Assembly: GCF_001194135.2 (NCBI RefSeq)
Contig: NC_068981.1
Location: 120,806,187-120,842,086, forward strand
Reading direction: 5' to 3'
Origin: Octopus bimaculoides
Lineage: Eukaryota
Length of the DNA: 35,900 nucleotides
A model generated the notes under the pieces. It was not told where the DNA came from. It was given only the letters and a program-made list of their open reading frames with translations, and made no database searches. Positions 12,447 through 24,019 of the stretch are shown here, one piece after another (position 1 is the first letter of the stretch; every line of letters begins with the position of its first letter). A program made the position numbers and the translations under genes.

Positions 12447-13091
12447 TAATAATGGTTTCTAATTTAGGCAGAAGGCCATTAAGTTTTATGGGAAGGGATT
12501 AGTCAAATAAATTGATTACATTACTTGAGTGGTACATCATTTTATGAGAGGAACAGCGAAGTTACCCTTTGCATAATCTGAACCCTGAATGTAAGGAGCT
12601 AGGATGATACTGCTTAGAATTTTTTATGTCTGTGTAAAGACTGCCAGCCAACTACATTACTTCAGGATAGTGAGGCTTATTTTAAAAAAAGAGAGAAATA
12701 AGGCAAGCTTGTATTATGTTAGAGAGATTGCATTATATTGCATGTGGTAGAAGGATAAACAGAGGAAGGCTGATACAGAGCTGTTAGGATTCAGTGTTGA
12801 GATGATTTCAGATATAAAAATGTTAACACTGACAATATAGAGTTGTATGGAAAATTAATGTGAAGCAGGACCATTTAACCCATGCCAGCATTGAATGCAA
12901 AACATACAATGAATAAAAGAAGCATTGATGGTAATGCTTTATAAACCATAATACATCATGTAGTGTAACAACAGCTTCAATACGAATTCACCGAAGGCCA
13001 CATACTGAAGAAATAAACCTCTACTGTGCACATAACTGATTCATTGGTATAGACACCAAGATACTATAATGTATTTCTGCAATAGTTCAAA

Positions 13092-13257
13092 ATGGTTGTT
13101 AAGAGCAACATAAGATGGCTTTTATGGTTGTCATTTATGCAGTTTATAGCAATTGCATATATTGTATTGGGAAGAAGGAAAAAGTTAACTCAGGAAGATT
13201 TATTGCCAATTTCAGCTGATAATGCTTTTAGTTCAATCATAAAGATAATAGGTATCT
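13092..13257 (+). CDS. Possible first coding exon (hydrophobic stretch then RRKK); uncertain
   Basis: MVVKSNIRWLLWLSFMQFIAIAYIVLGRRKKLTQEDLLPISADNAFSSIIKIIGI lies in non-repeat sequence and ends at a strong phase-1 donor (ct|gtgagt, 13258). No homology recognised. Confidence 0.2.
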
Positions 13258-13301
13258 GTGAGTCTGCATGTATGTTTGTTGTTTTATATATAGTATATAT
13301 T

Positions 13302-13341
<40 letters not shown>

Positions 13342-13804
13342 AAGCAATATAATATATACATAATTATGTATGTATATATAATTTAATGTGTTTATATGTA
13401 TGTAAATAAATGATATATATATATCAATGAATGTGTGTGTATATAGAACTATACATACATTCATATATATTTATGTGTACATGGATAATACACATGCATG
13501 TATATATTTCTAATACATACACATGCACACACAGACAGACAAGTACATGTGTGTGTATGCATATGTTGTGTTTAATCCAAAATGGCTATTGGATGAAGCA
13601 GGAGATATTGTGTTAAGCTCATGGTTAGGGGTTAAATACTGACTGTCAGACTTCCCATTTGAATTTTTTTAGTCTATTTACCCTTAGCTAAGTATTTCTC
13701 TGTAGGAGAAATATTTGGCTAAGAATAAACTGCTATTCCTGGTTTTTTGTTGAGTTAGAGATGGTGTTTGACCAGGTACCACATTCAGTAAATTGGTCGT
13801 TACT

Positions 13805-14850
13805 GTGGAAATTCAATTTAGACAACTGGCTTCTGAGGTCTGTATAAGCTATGTACAAAGATGCAGTAAACAATTTCAGTGATGAAATTAGCATTAAGTC
13901 CTCAATCCTCTCCCATTCATCTTAGTCTTTTGGACTATCACAGAGGAGTTTAAGACTGGATGTCCAAAAGAATTCCTATATGCTGATGATATTGTTCTGA
14001 ATCTGTGTATGGCTGAATCTGTATGAGGAATTAGTGAGGAATTTCTATGCATAGAAGCTAAACCTAGAATTGAAAGGCCTCAAGGTCATCTCAGTAAAGA
14101 CAAAGGTTTTAGTAAGTAGGAAAGAAGACAGAGCCTTGATATCTTTAGGGAAATAGCCTTACTTGATAAGTAGGTAAAGAGTAGATATAAGCTGCAATAC
14201 ACTGTACCCAATAAAAGCTATGGTCACAGATGGAGAAATGGTATCACAGGTTGGCTAACAGAGAGTAACCACAGAAGGAGTACACACTATAACTACATCT
14301 GAAATGCCCAGATGGCTCACAAGTAATAGGGAATAGCTTTTGTTACCTAGGAGACATAATTGTCAAGGGAGTACTTGCTCTGAAAGTATTGTAGCCAGGG
14401 TTAGAACAGGCTGGGAAAAGTTCAGGGAACTTCTACAGCTGCTGGCAACCAAAGTCTTTTCATTCAAAGTGAAGGGCTGATTGTATAGTGCTTATGTTAA
14501 AACTGTGGCACTGCATGGTAGTGAGACATGGGCCTTGAATGCTGTGAAAACTGGATAGCAATGACATGAGCATGCTATGTTGGAAATGCCATGTAAGTGT
14601 GCATGAGTGACATAGTATACATGCATTGAGAGAAAAATTAGGCAGAGGAGGAATCAGATGTAGTGTGTATGGATGAAAATAGCTGTATGAAGAGGTGGCC
14701 ATCACTTGATGTGGATGGAGCTTGCAGAAGAGGGAGACTGAGGAAGACATAGGATGAAGTGGTGAAAACTTATTTTAGGACCTTGAACATCTCAGAGGAA
14801 ATGACTATGTACTAGGTTGCCCAGCAGTATCCTGAGAAGACCTACCCAAC
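13805..14850 (+). pseudogene. Degraded RTE LINE reverse transcriptase and C-terminal region
   Basis: Remnant motifs: AMYKDA; TEEFKTGCPKEFLYADDIVL (YADD at about 13978-13990); FCYLGD; ARVRTGWEKFRELL; LHGSETWAL. Many indels and stops. Confidence 0.85.
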
Positions 14851-16254
14851 TTAGTGAATCTAAATTATGGAAGTGCCGTGTCTTTCTCTCTCTCTTTCTA
14901 TATATATNNNNNNNNNNNNNNNNNNNNNNNNNNNNNNNNNNNNNNNNNNNNNNNNNNNNNNNNNNNNNNNNNNNNNNNNNNNNNNNNNNNNNNNNNNNNN
15001 NNNNNNNNNNNNNNNNNNNNNNNNNNNNNNNNNNNNNNCCATACATATATGTACATACATGCATATATGGGTACAGGACATCAAAAAAATGTTAAACACA
15101 GTGAGAAACGAAAACAGAAAATGAACTTTTTTCGAACAACGAAAAAAACAAACAAACAGAGAAACGAGACATGTAACATAAAGAGTATACCCCTTTGTCA
15201 GTTGTCTCTGTTCCAACTACTCTGCATTTCGAAGGCAAGGACAATACGCGACTTCATTGGAACAGTCCTTCCCGCATAGCAAATTAAATAAAATTTGAAA
15301 TTTTTTGCAGAGGGTGAAAGTGTTAACAAGAACAGGACAGTGAGAACAAGACAGTAAAAACAAACAGTGAGGGCTGTTGAGCCAAGACGATAGAAAAATT
15401 ATGAACGCTATGTAGACGTGCTATGAGAGAAGATATATGTGTATATATGTATATGCATAATTGTCCCTTCGTTCAAATTCCTTCCAAAGACATGCCTGTC
15501 ACCCTTCATCTCTGTGATTTCACTTTTTCTTTTGTACCACTAATCTTTCTCACTAGTCAGGATTATTCTACTTGATTCCCATCCCTCGTCTTTAATTTTG
15601 TTCTGTCCACCTGCATTTTACATTGCTTTCCTCACCCTCAGCCATTTAGTCATCTTAGCTTCTCTGCCACCACATGTCACTCACACTTCCTATGCAATCC
15701 CGCCCTCACAGCACTCTTGCAATCTACTCATCTTCTCATATCTCTTACCCTGTCTACTGTATCATTATTACTATTCTGCCATTGTTTACCCCCATCATCA
15801 TTGATCACCCCCACCCTTTACATCATTACATCCACTCCTCACCCCTATCCTATCGCTTCAGTTGTCACCTACTCTTCTCTACCTCTCCTGTTTGTCATCC
15901 ACTTAACACCTGTTCTTCATTCATCATATTCACCTCTTCACTTATTCCCCACTTCTTACTCTTCAGTACACTCTTGCAATCTCTACCCAGTCACCCACGC
16001 TCCTGTTTCAGCTGTCCTCATGCACTTGTACTCACCCTGTACACTGAAGATCCTCACAAATGCCTCATCATTGCTCTTTCTACCGCTTCTTCACTTCACA
16101 TCAGTCACCTCCAGTCTCTCCTTTAATATGTGAGTAAACATGTAGCTTTTCTATAGCAACAAACTTGTTCTGATCTGGCCCTTTCCCTTATATGTTAAAT
16201 CCCTCAACTCCCAGCATAAAGCTGCCCCTCTTGGAATTTGTAATCTTGGAAGCT

Positions 16255-16990
<736 letters not shown>

Positions 16991-16994
16991 ATAT

Positions 16995-17488
16995 GTATGT
17001 GTGTCATTGTTCAGTTTTATTTCAAGATTTTTTGCAAATAGAGAAAGAGCCAATTTCTAGCCTAGATTCAAAGCTCCTTCATTGGAATTTCAACATCAAC
17101 AACAGGGTATTTTTGTTTGTTTGTATGATTGTATATATGTATATGTGCAGATTTATATGTTTTGCTTTATGTATCTATTCTCATGCATATTGTTGCATAT
17201 CTAGACATGCTCATATGTATTTAAAAGATAATCTTCTGGAAAGTTTTACAGAATTTTACAGTTCCAGTGATGGACTGGATCTGTAGTCTTCGAATTAGCT
17301 TTTTCCCTTCTGGTTTTGAGAAGCTCAATTTCTCAAGATTGGTATTTAGGCAGTGTGTTACATATCCTAGGGCCCCAATAATTACAGATATAAACCTGAA
17401 CTTGTAGTCTGGATAGAGTAACTGCAGATTTCTCAATAGTTCAGCGTAGGTGTTCTCTTTTTCGCTGATCTTCAGCTTTATGTTAACT
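16995..17488 (-). mobile_element. 5'-truncated R4/Dong-like non-LTR element: restriction-like endonuclease C-terminus plus 3' UTR
   Basis: EKENTYAELLRNLQLLYPDYKFRFISVIIGALGYVTHCLNTNLEKL...LIRRLQIQSITGTVKFCKTF (17488->17221) fits the K..Y..L...PV+IGALG...Q....GT..I pattern of RLE C-termini. Microsatellite on both flanks. Confidence 0.7.
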
Positions 17489-17489
17489 A

Positions 17490-17550
<61 letters not shown>

Positions 17551-17551
17551 A

Positions 17552-17775
17552 TCAAGGATAGGACAAAAAGAACACAAGAAACTGAAATCCAGCAAAACAC
17601 AACATGTGGCAAAACAGACAATAACATAACAAACGGTAAACAGGACAAAAACAAGATACATGGATCATTCACAGCTTATTTCCTCTTCAGTCAGTGTCTG
17701 GAAAGTCCTTGCAGTTTTTGCACTTTTTTTTTTATCCCTGAGACTGCTTGAATCCGGCAAGTGCCAGAGACTTAA
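17552..17775. repeat. Unclassified repeat X, copy 1 (copy 2 at about 19190-19382, same orientation)
   Basis: caagg.taggaca...caagatacatggatcat.cacagct.atttcctcttcagtca.tgtct.gaaagtccttgcagttt...gagactgct..a.tc.ggcaagtgccagagact is shared by both copies. Confidence 0.85.
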
Positions 17776-18044
17776 GCTAAAAGCATTAAGCCTCTTGGAA
17801 AAGCAAACGAATGTATACAAGAATAAAAACAAGAATGGAAACAGAAACAAGAAAGCTAGAATTATACACATGCAACAGATGAACACCTTTCAGCTAAACA
17901 GCAGAAGGAAAATAATTATACATTTACAAATACAAATCAATGAATAATAGAAAGGGTCTTTTGACCATCTGCAAGTGCAACAGAAAAAGAATTATACATA
18001 TACAATGGACAAAGTAACCAAGTATCTGACTAGGTAATCAAGTA

Positions 18045-18632
18045 TCTCTTTTACATCAGCACACTTGTTTCTGGCTTCTTTCTTGTACCTCTGTCTCACT
18101 TTCTATCTCTTTTCTCTCTGTCTCTCTCTGGGTAACCATGTACCTCCCGTATAGCATGACACCTATTTCTGCCTCTATATTTCCCTGTTACAGTCTAACC
18201 TTTCATCATTTGATACTGGATTGCTTCCTCTAATGCCCCCTCTGTTGTGGCAAGACACTTGCTTCTCTCTGTGTGTCTTTTTGTCATACTCTAACCTTTC
18301 ATCTTCTGACACAAGTTCCCCTCCTCAAATGCCCTGCCCCTCTCATAATTCCTTATCTTAAAAGCATCCAGTCCACACTGTTACATGGTTGGCATTTGAA
18401 AGGGCATCCAACTGTAAAAATCATGCAAAAACTAACCTCACCTGTGCTAGTGCCATGTAAAAAGCTCTTAGTCCACTCTGCAGAGTGGCTGATGTTAGGA
18501 AAGGCATCCAGCTGTAAAGTCCCTGCCAAAACAGACAAAGTAGCCTAGAGTAGTTTTCCTACCTGGTCGGCTCCTGCCAACCGTCCTACCTATACCTGCA
18601 TGGAAGATGGACATTAAATGATGATGATGATA
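18045..18632 (+). mobile_element. CT-rich non-autonomous retroposon ending in an RTE tail
   Basis: Duplicated gggcatcca.ctgtaaa motif and terminal ctgcatggaagatggacattaaatgatgatgatgat. Confidence 0.7.
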
Positions 18633-19067
18633 AATGGACAAACACCTTTCGGCTATACAACAAAAGGAAAATAATTGTACAATTACAACATAAATAACAT
18701 AAAGGGTCTTTCTGTTATTTATGACTATATGACTTAACAGACTGAGCAAGAGGACAGGTGAACTTGACTGGCCTGGAAGGCAGCTGGTCAAAAAAGGACA
18801 GCAATGCTTTGGCTGGACAGCAATCATATGGTAGGAGAGGAAATGAGTTGAAGAAGGTAGAGGGACTAAGGAATAGGAGAGAGGGTAAAGAAATCAGAGG
18901 GACTAAAGAATGAAAAGGAGGGTAAGAGAGACAGGCAGAGTGAGAGAAAAAAAAATACAAGAGAGACAAGTGGGGGAGGAAAGCAAAGGGACTGAAGAAT
19001 AAGAGGGAAGGGGAAAAGGGACTAAGGAATACAAGAGAGGTAAAATGAAATCAGAGAGGCTTTGGAA

Positions 19068-19109
<42 letters not shown>

Positions 19110-19189
19110 TAAGTAAGAAGGAAGGAAAGAGAGGAATTTTTTTTTTTAACAAAGTAAACAACAGGTTGTATGATGCGCAACATGGATAA

Positions 19190-19382
19190 ATCAAGGGTAG
19201 GACAGAAAGAAAACAACAAGTGGAAAAATAGATGATAACATAACAAATGGTAAGCAGGACGAAAACAAGATACATGGATCATCCACAGCTGATTTCCTCT
19301 TCAGTCAATGTCTAGAAAGTCCTTGCAGTTTCGCACCTTTTTATTATTGAGACTGCTCAAATCTGGCAAGTGCCAGAGACTG
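19190..19382. repeat. Unclassified repeat X, copy 2
   Basis: See 17552-17775. Confidence 0.85.
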
Positions 19383-19384
19383 AT

Positions 19385-19585
19385 GTCTGTCTGTATATGT
19401 GTGTGTTTGTGTTTGCCTCTCACCATCACTTGACAACCAGAGTTGGCTTATGTTCCTCTAACTTAGTAGTACAGACTTCAAATGTAAAAAAATAAGTACT
19501 TGGGTCGACCTGATCAAATAAACCCTTCAAGGTGGTGCCCCAGCATGGCTGCAGTCCAATGGCTGAAACAAGTAAACGATAAATG
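19385..19585 (+). mobile_element. SINE family A 3' half
   Basis: ccatcacttgacaacc...aataagtacttgggtcgac...ggtgccccagcatggctgcagtc..tggctgaaacaagtaaa. Confidence 0.8.
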
Positions 19586-19589
19586 ATAA

Positions 19590-19760
19590 ATACCTCAGTA
19601 CTTTGTTTTATTAATTCTGTTTATTATTCTATCAGTCTCTTTTTGTTAAACTGCTAAGTTACAAGGATATAAACAAGCCAACACTAGCAGCCAAGTGATG
19701 GTAGGGGACAAACACAAACACATGCACACATAGATATATTTCTCTATCTATCTATCTATC
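19590..19760 (-). mobile_element. SINE family A central fragment
   Basis: ttctatcagtctctttt...ctgctaagttac..ggatataaaca...gatggtaggggacaaacac. Confidence 0.65.
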
Positions 19761-20424
19761 TATCTATCTGTCTATATGTTTGTCTGTCTATATATATATA
19801 TATATANNNNNNNNNNNNNNNNNNNNNNNNNNNNNNNNNNNNNNNNNNNNNNNNNNNNNNNNNNNNNNNNNNNNNNNNNNNNNNNNNNNNNNNNNNNNNN
19901 NNNNNNNNNNNNNNNNNNNNNNNNNNNNNNNNNNNNNNNNNNNNNNNNNNNNNNNNNNNNNNNNNNNNNNNNNNNNNNNNNNNNNNNNNNNNNNNNNNNN
20001 NNNNNNNNNNNNNNNNNNNNNNNNNNNNNNNNNNNNNNNNNNNNNNNNNNNNNNNNNNNNNNNNNNNNNNNNNNNNNNNNNNNNNNNNNNNNNNNNNNNN
20101 NNNNNNNNNNNNNNNNNNNNNNNNNNNNNNNNNNNNNNNNNNNNNNNNNNNNNNNNNNNNNNNNNNNNNNNNNNNNNNNNNNNNNNNNNNNNNNNNNNNN
20201 NNNNNNNNNNNNNNNNNNNNNNNNNNNNNNNNNNNNNNNNNNNNNNNNNNNNNNNNNNNNNNNNNNNNNNNNNNNNNNNNNNNNNNNNNNNNNNNTTTTC
20301 ATATTAGAATATTGAATTATTTTTGTATTGTATTTTGGTTAAATCTGGAGAATCATTGTAAAATGATTTACTTTTTTGTAGCAAGATCATATCATTTCTA
20401 TATAATTTTCAAACAACACTTCCT

Positions 20425-20585
20425 ATCATCATCATCATCATCATCGTTTAACGTCCGCTTTCCATGCTAGCATGGGTTGGACGATTTGACTGAGGACTGG
20501 TGAAACCGGATGGCAACACCAGGCTCCAATCTAATTTGGCAGAGTTTCTACAGCTGGATGCCCTTCCTAACGCCAACCACTCAGG
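20425..20585 (-). mobile_element. 5'-truncated RTE 3' end with (GAT)n tail
   Basis: Closely similar to 11996-12135: (cat)n cgtttaacgtccgctttccatgctagcatgggttggacg... Confidence 0.9.
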
Positions 20586-20608
20586 CCCACCCCACCCCCA
20601 GTATTTAA

Positions 20609-20828
20609 CTCTTTAGCATTTAAACTGGCCTCATCAGACCCAACTACTCTATGCATTTTATGTTCAAAATGGCCAGATCTGGCTTCTTACACTTACACTA
20701 CCATGTCATTCCGAAAGTAAATAATCACATCCTTGAAATCTCAAAGGTACGAGATTATGCAGGATTAATTCAAAACAATGTGAATAAATAAGCATTGCAT
20801 TTGACAGAATAATCTGAATGCTAAAGGG
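20609..20828. mobile_element. piggyBac-like MITE (about 220 bp), copy 1, inverted relative to copies 2 and 3
   Basis: ttaa|ctctttagcatt ... aatgctaaaggg|tcaa: TTAA target and CCC..GGG-type TIR. The interior matches 27010-27628 and 30105-30324. Confidence 0.8.
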
Positions 20829-20834
20829 TCAACT

Positions 20835-20930
20835 CTTTGCAAAGCTCAGATGAGTCCACAATGGAGTATTGCACACATCTGTACCACTGCTAGTTGTGCA
20901 GCTGTCTTAGACAACATGCAAGGGCAGCCC
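20835..20930 (+). pseudogene. Possible CR1/L2-group LINE scrap
   Basis: aaagctcagatgagtccacaatggagtattgcacacatctg resembles KAQ+RPxMEYCSHIW with an indel, followed by an LDxxQ-like ttagacaacatgcaa. Confidence 0.35.
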
Positions 20931-20941
20931 AAGCATATACC

Positions 20942-21505
20942 AATATACCAATACATTATATTGTCTTTGAGTTTTTAAAGTTCAATGGTAATCTATGTAG
21001 ATAATTGTTAGATAGATTAGGATGCATGGAATTAAGAATCATGTGTGTGTAAAAAAAAAGGCTGAGAGTTTAGGTGTTAAACAGGAAGAGTGTGTAAGGG
21101 AAGACAATTCTTTGTCAACAGGAAGAGTCCAGAACTCCAATTAAAGAGTAGAAAACCCACAGAATTGTCTTCCCTTACACACACTTCCTGTTTTGACACC
21201 ACACTTCCTGTTTAACACAAACTCTCAGCCTTTTTTAAACACAACACGATTCTTAATTCCATGCATCCTAATCTATCAAACAATTATCTACATGGATTAC
21301 CATTGAACTTTAAAAACTCAAAGACAATATAATGTATTGGTATATTTATTTTTTTATATATTTTTTATATTTTTGTAAAAAACATTATTTTCATTTCCCC
21401 TCTTCTTGAAAATTTTCCATGCAATGAAAACCGGTTAGAAATCCTTTTTAATCCTCCTTATGCACATCTCTATTAAAATATGCTTTCAATTTAGCATTCT
21501 GCCTT
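20942..21505. mobile_element. Penelope-like element 1 pseudo-LTR with an inverted 5' arm
   Basis: 20942-21111 is the reverse complement of 21161-21346. 21126-21505 matches 2527-2905. Confidence 0.8.
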
Positions 21506-21904
21506 TTTTTTTTTATTATTNNNNNNNNNNNNNNNNNNNNNNNNNNNNNNNNNNNNNNNNNNNNNNNNNNNNNNNNNNNNNNNNNNNNNNNNNNNNNNNN
21601 NNNNNNNNNNNNNNNNNNNNNNNNNNNNNNNNNNNNNNNNNNNNNNNNNNNNNNNNNNNNNNNNNNNNNNNNNNNNNNNNNNNNNNNNNNNNNNNNNNNN
21701 NNNNNNNNNNNNNNNNNNNNNNNNNNNNNNNNTATATATATATATATATATATATTTATGTGGTGCATATGATTGTCAGATGTATTAGTTTAATGCTTGG
21801 GAAGGTGGGAAAGTCTTTTACATTTCGACCCTACGCTCTTCAACAGAAATGAATATGAGGAAATAAACATAGAGAGAATAAAAAAAAAAAACTTTTGGAG
21901 CTAG

Positions 21905-22132
21905 CGGTGTGTATGTGTCTTTGTACCTGTGTTTGTCCCCTGTCACCACTTGACAGTGGGACAAACACCCTTAACTCAGTGGTTCCTCATAAAAGACCAA
22001 TAGAATAAGTAGTGAGGTTAAAAAAAAAAAGGTAAAAGTCCTAGGCTCGATTTGTTCAACTAAATCCCTTCAAGGTGGTGCCCCAGCATGGTCACAGTCA
22101 AATGATTGAAAGCAGTTAAAGATAAAAGATAA
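21905..22132 (+). mobile_element. SINE family A 3' half
   Basis: tgtttgtcccc..caccacttgaca...gaataagta...ggtggtgccccagcatggtcacagtcaaatgattgaaa. Confidence 0.8.
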
Positions 22133-22174
22133 CAGTCACACTGGTCTTGAAGAGCATGACTCTTCCCACTTGAC

Positions 22175-22497
22175 CAGTGGTTCTCAACCATTTTTTACCC
22201 ATGGCCCCTTTCAATTTCTGTTCTGTTTTGATGGACCCCATAGCCATTCAATGATTAAAAAAACTAGTTTTATACATACTTCTTTCAAAATTTCTTTGTT
22301 TTTCACACACTAACTTGTATAACGTGTCAGAGAATGAAATCTAGCTGTTTTTTGCAATAAATACATTTGAAGCAAAATTTTTCATGGGTCCTTAATATTC
22401 TACTAAGGGAACCCAATTTATTATTTTGCTTGTGTGGATCCCCAAATATCTTATCTGAATCCCCAAGGATCATATGAACCCCGGTTGAAAACCATTG
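22175..22497. mobile_element. hAT (Charlie-like) MITE; same family and orientation as 29781-30098
   Basis: TIRs cagtggttctcaacc / ggttgaaaaccattg. The TSD is decayed (cacttgac / ctctagat); the right copy resembles the NTCTAGAN Charlie target. Confidence 0.75.
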
Positions 22498-22979
22498 CTC
22501 TAGATTGAATACAATATAGAAAATAAGTGCTCTGGCCATTTTGTCTGTTAATACTATTGTTTTCAGAGCTGGCTGTCTTGTCTGCTCAACCATCTTCTTC
22601 AGTATGTAAGAACAGCAAAGTGATTTCAATGGTTCTATATTAATTTTTTTATGTGTGTTTGTATGTATGTGAATTTGTATATGCGTGCTTGTAGGGGAGT
22701 AGGTATGTCAGTAAATAGTCAGTGAGTTTGAGATATTGCTTTGATTTTCCTGCAAGAGCAATATTATATCCCTTATGTCGCTAATGCCCTCAGAGAGGGC
22801 ATGAGTGTCACAACATCCATTTTTTTTTGCATTCTTGAAGTTTACAGTATTCGTCAACAAGCATCAACTGATTATGAAATGTCAAACAGACAAAGCAGAT
22901 ATTGGATGTTTGATTCCATTTATCATATGTGCAGAAGTCCAATAAATATTGATTGATATCTTTCTGTGTTATATTTGTA

Positions 22980-23087
22980 AATGTATGTGTGTGAGTTTGC
23001 ATGCATGCATGTGTGTCTGTGTTTGTGTGCATGTATGTGTATATAAATGAATATATGCATATATCTATATATATGTATGTATATATG

Positions 23088-23136
<49 letters not shown>

Positions 23137-23480
23137 GTTTATATATGTATATATATATGTGGATATATATAAGCATCTATATAAGTNNNNNNNNNNCTAT
23201 ATAAGTATGCATATATATTTATAATATATAGAGTACATATATGTATATATATATGTGGATATATATAAGCATCTATATAAGTATGCATATATATTTATAA
23301 TATATAGAGTACATATGTGTATAATATATGTGTGTATATAGGAAACGTATAAATATATACTTGTTTTTGTGTGCAAAATTATATAGATATATACAAACAC
23401 ATACTTTATTACAAATACATAAGTATAAAAATAAGTTGTTGTTGTTGCGTGTGTGTGTGTGTATGCATGCATGTGTATGT
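22980..23480. repeat. Compound (TA)/(TG)/(TATG) microsatellite with a roughly 75-bp higher-order unit around a 10-N gap
   Basis: tatatatatgtggatatatataagcatctatataagt occurs on both sides of the gap. Confidence 0.9.
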
Positions 23481-23949
23481 GTGTCTACGTAGAAAGATAA
23501 TGGTTTAGTTTCTCACTAAGTAAGCAGATCATCTTTTTGTTTTTCTGATAGTCTCATACAGATGGAAATATTTCTCATAAAGTGAACTTTATGTACAGTT
23601 TTTATCGAATTCTTCAATAACTGCATGATATATCTTGTTGTACAAACTACCTACTTAATTCAAAGGGAAGAATTATATTTGCTTTCCCATCATTGTAATT
23701 GTAAAAATGCCACGATATCAAGAAGATAACAGCCATTCAAATTTACTACATATTTTTTATTGTCAGTTTAAAAACAGCACAATAATATTCTGCTTCTTGT
23801 CTTGTCAGATACACCTTGTGTATACCATTAAGAATTGATATTTTTGTAAAGTATCTTTTGCCTGGAAGTCTGTTTTTAAACTTGTTGTTCAGTTGTTTTT
23901 TATTTTCTTGAAAATTATTTCTTTCTTTAAATTTTTTCTCTTCTTTTAG

Positions 23950-24019
23950 GCTTCTTTCAAGAAACTCTCAGCCCAATGTTAAAGCACCTCGAACTGCCAA
24001 TACTTGCAGACTCTATCTG
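23950..24019 (+). CDS. Probable internal exon of the host gene (70 nt)
   Basis: Long pyrimidine tract, then ttttag|G, and donor ctg|gtaggt. Two frames are open: LLSRNSQPNVKAPRTANTCRLYL (ends phase 0, compatible with 27755) or FFQETLSPMLKHLELPILADSI (phase 1 to phase 2). Confidence 0.5.

Noticed and set aside
15598-16133. Overlapping 138-150 aa ORFs
   Set aside because: The CT/CA-rich, G-poor composition suppresses stop codons and the translations are low-complexity H/L/S/P.
23136-23300. Repeated unit across the 10-N gap at 23187-23196
   Set aside because: Same artefact pattern inside a microsatellite; the copy number cannot be trusted.
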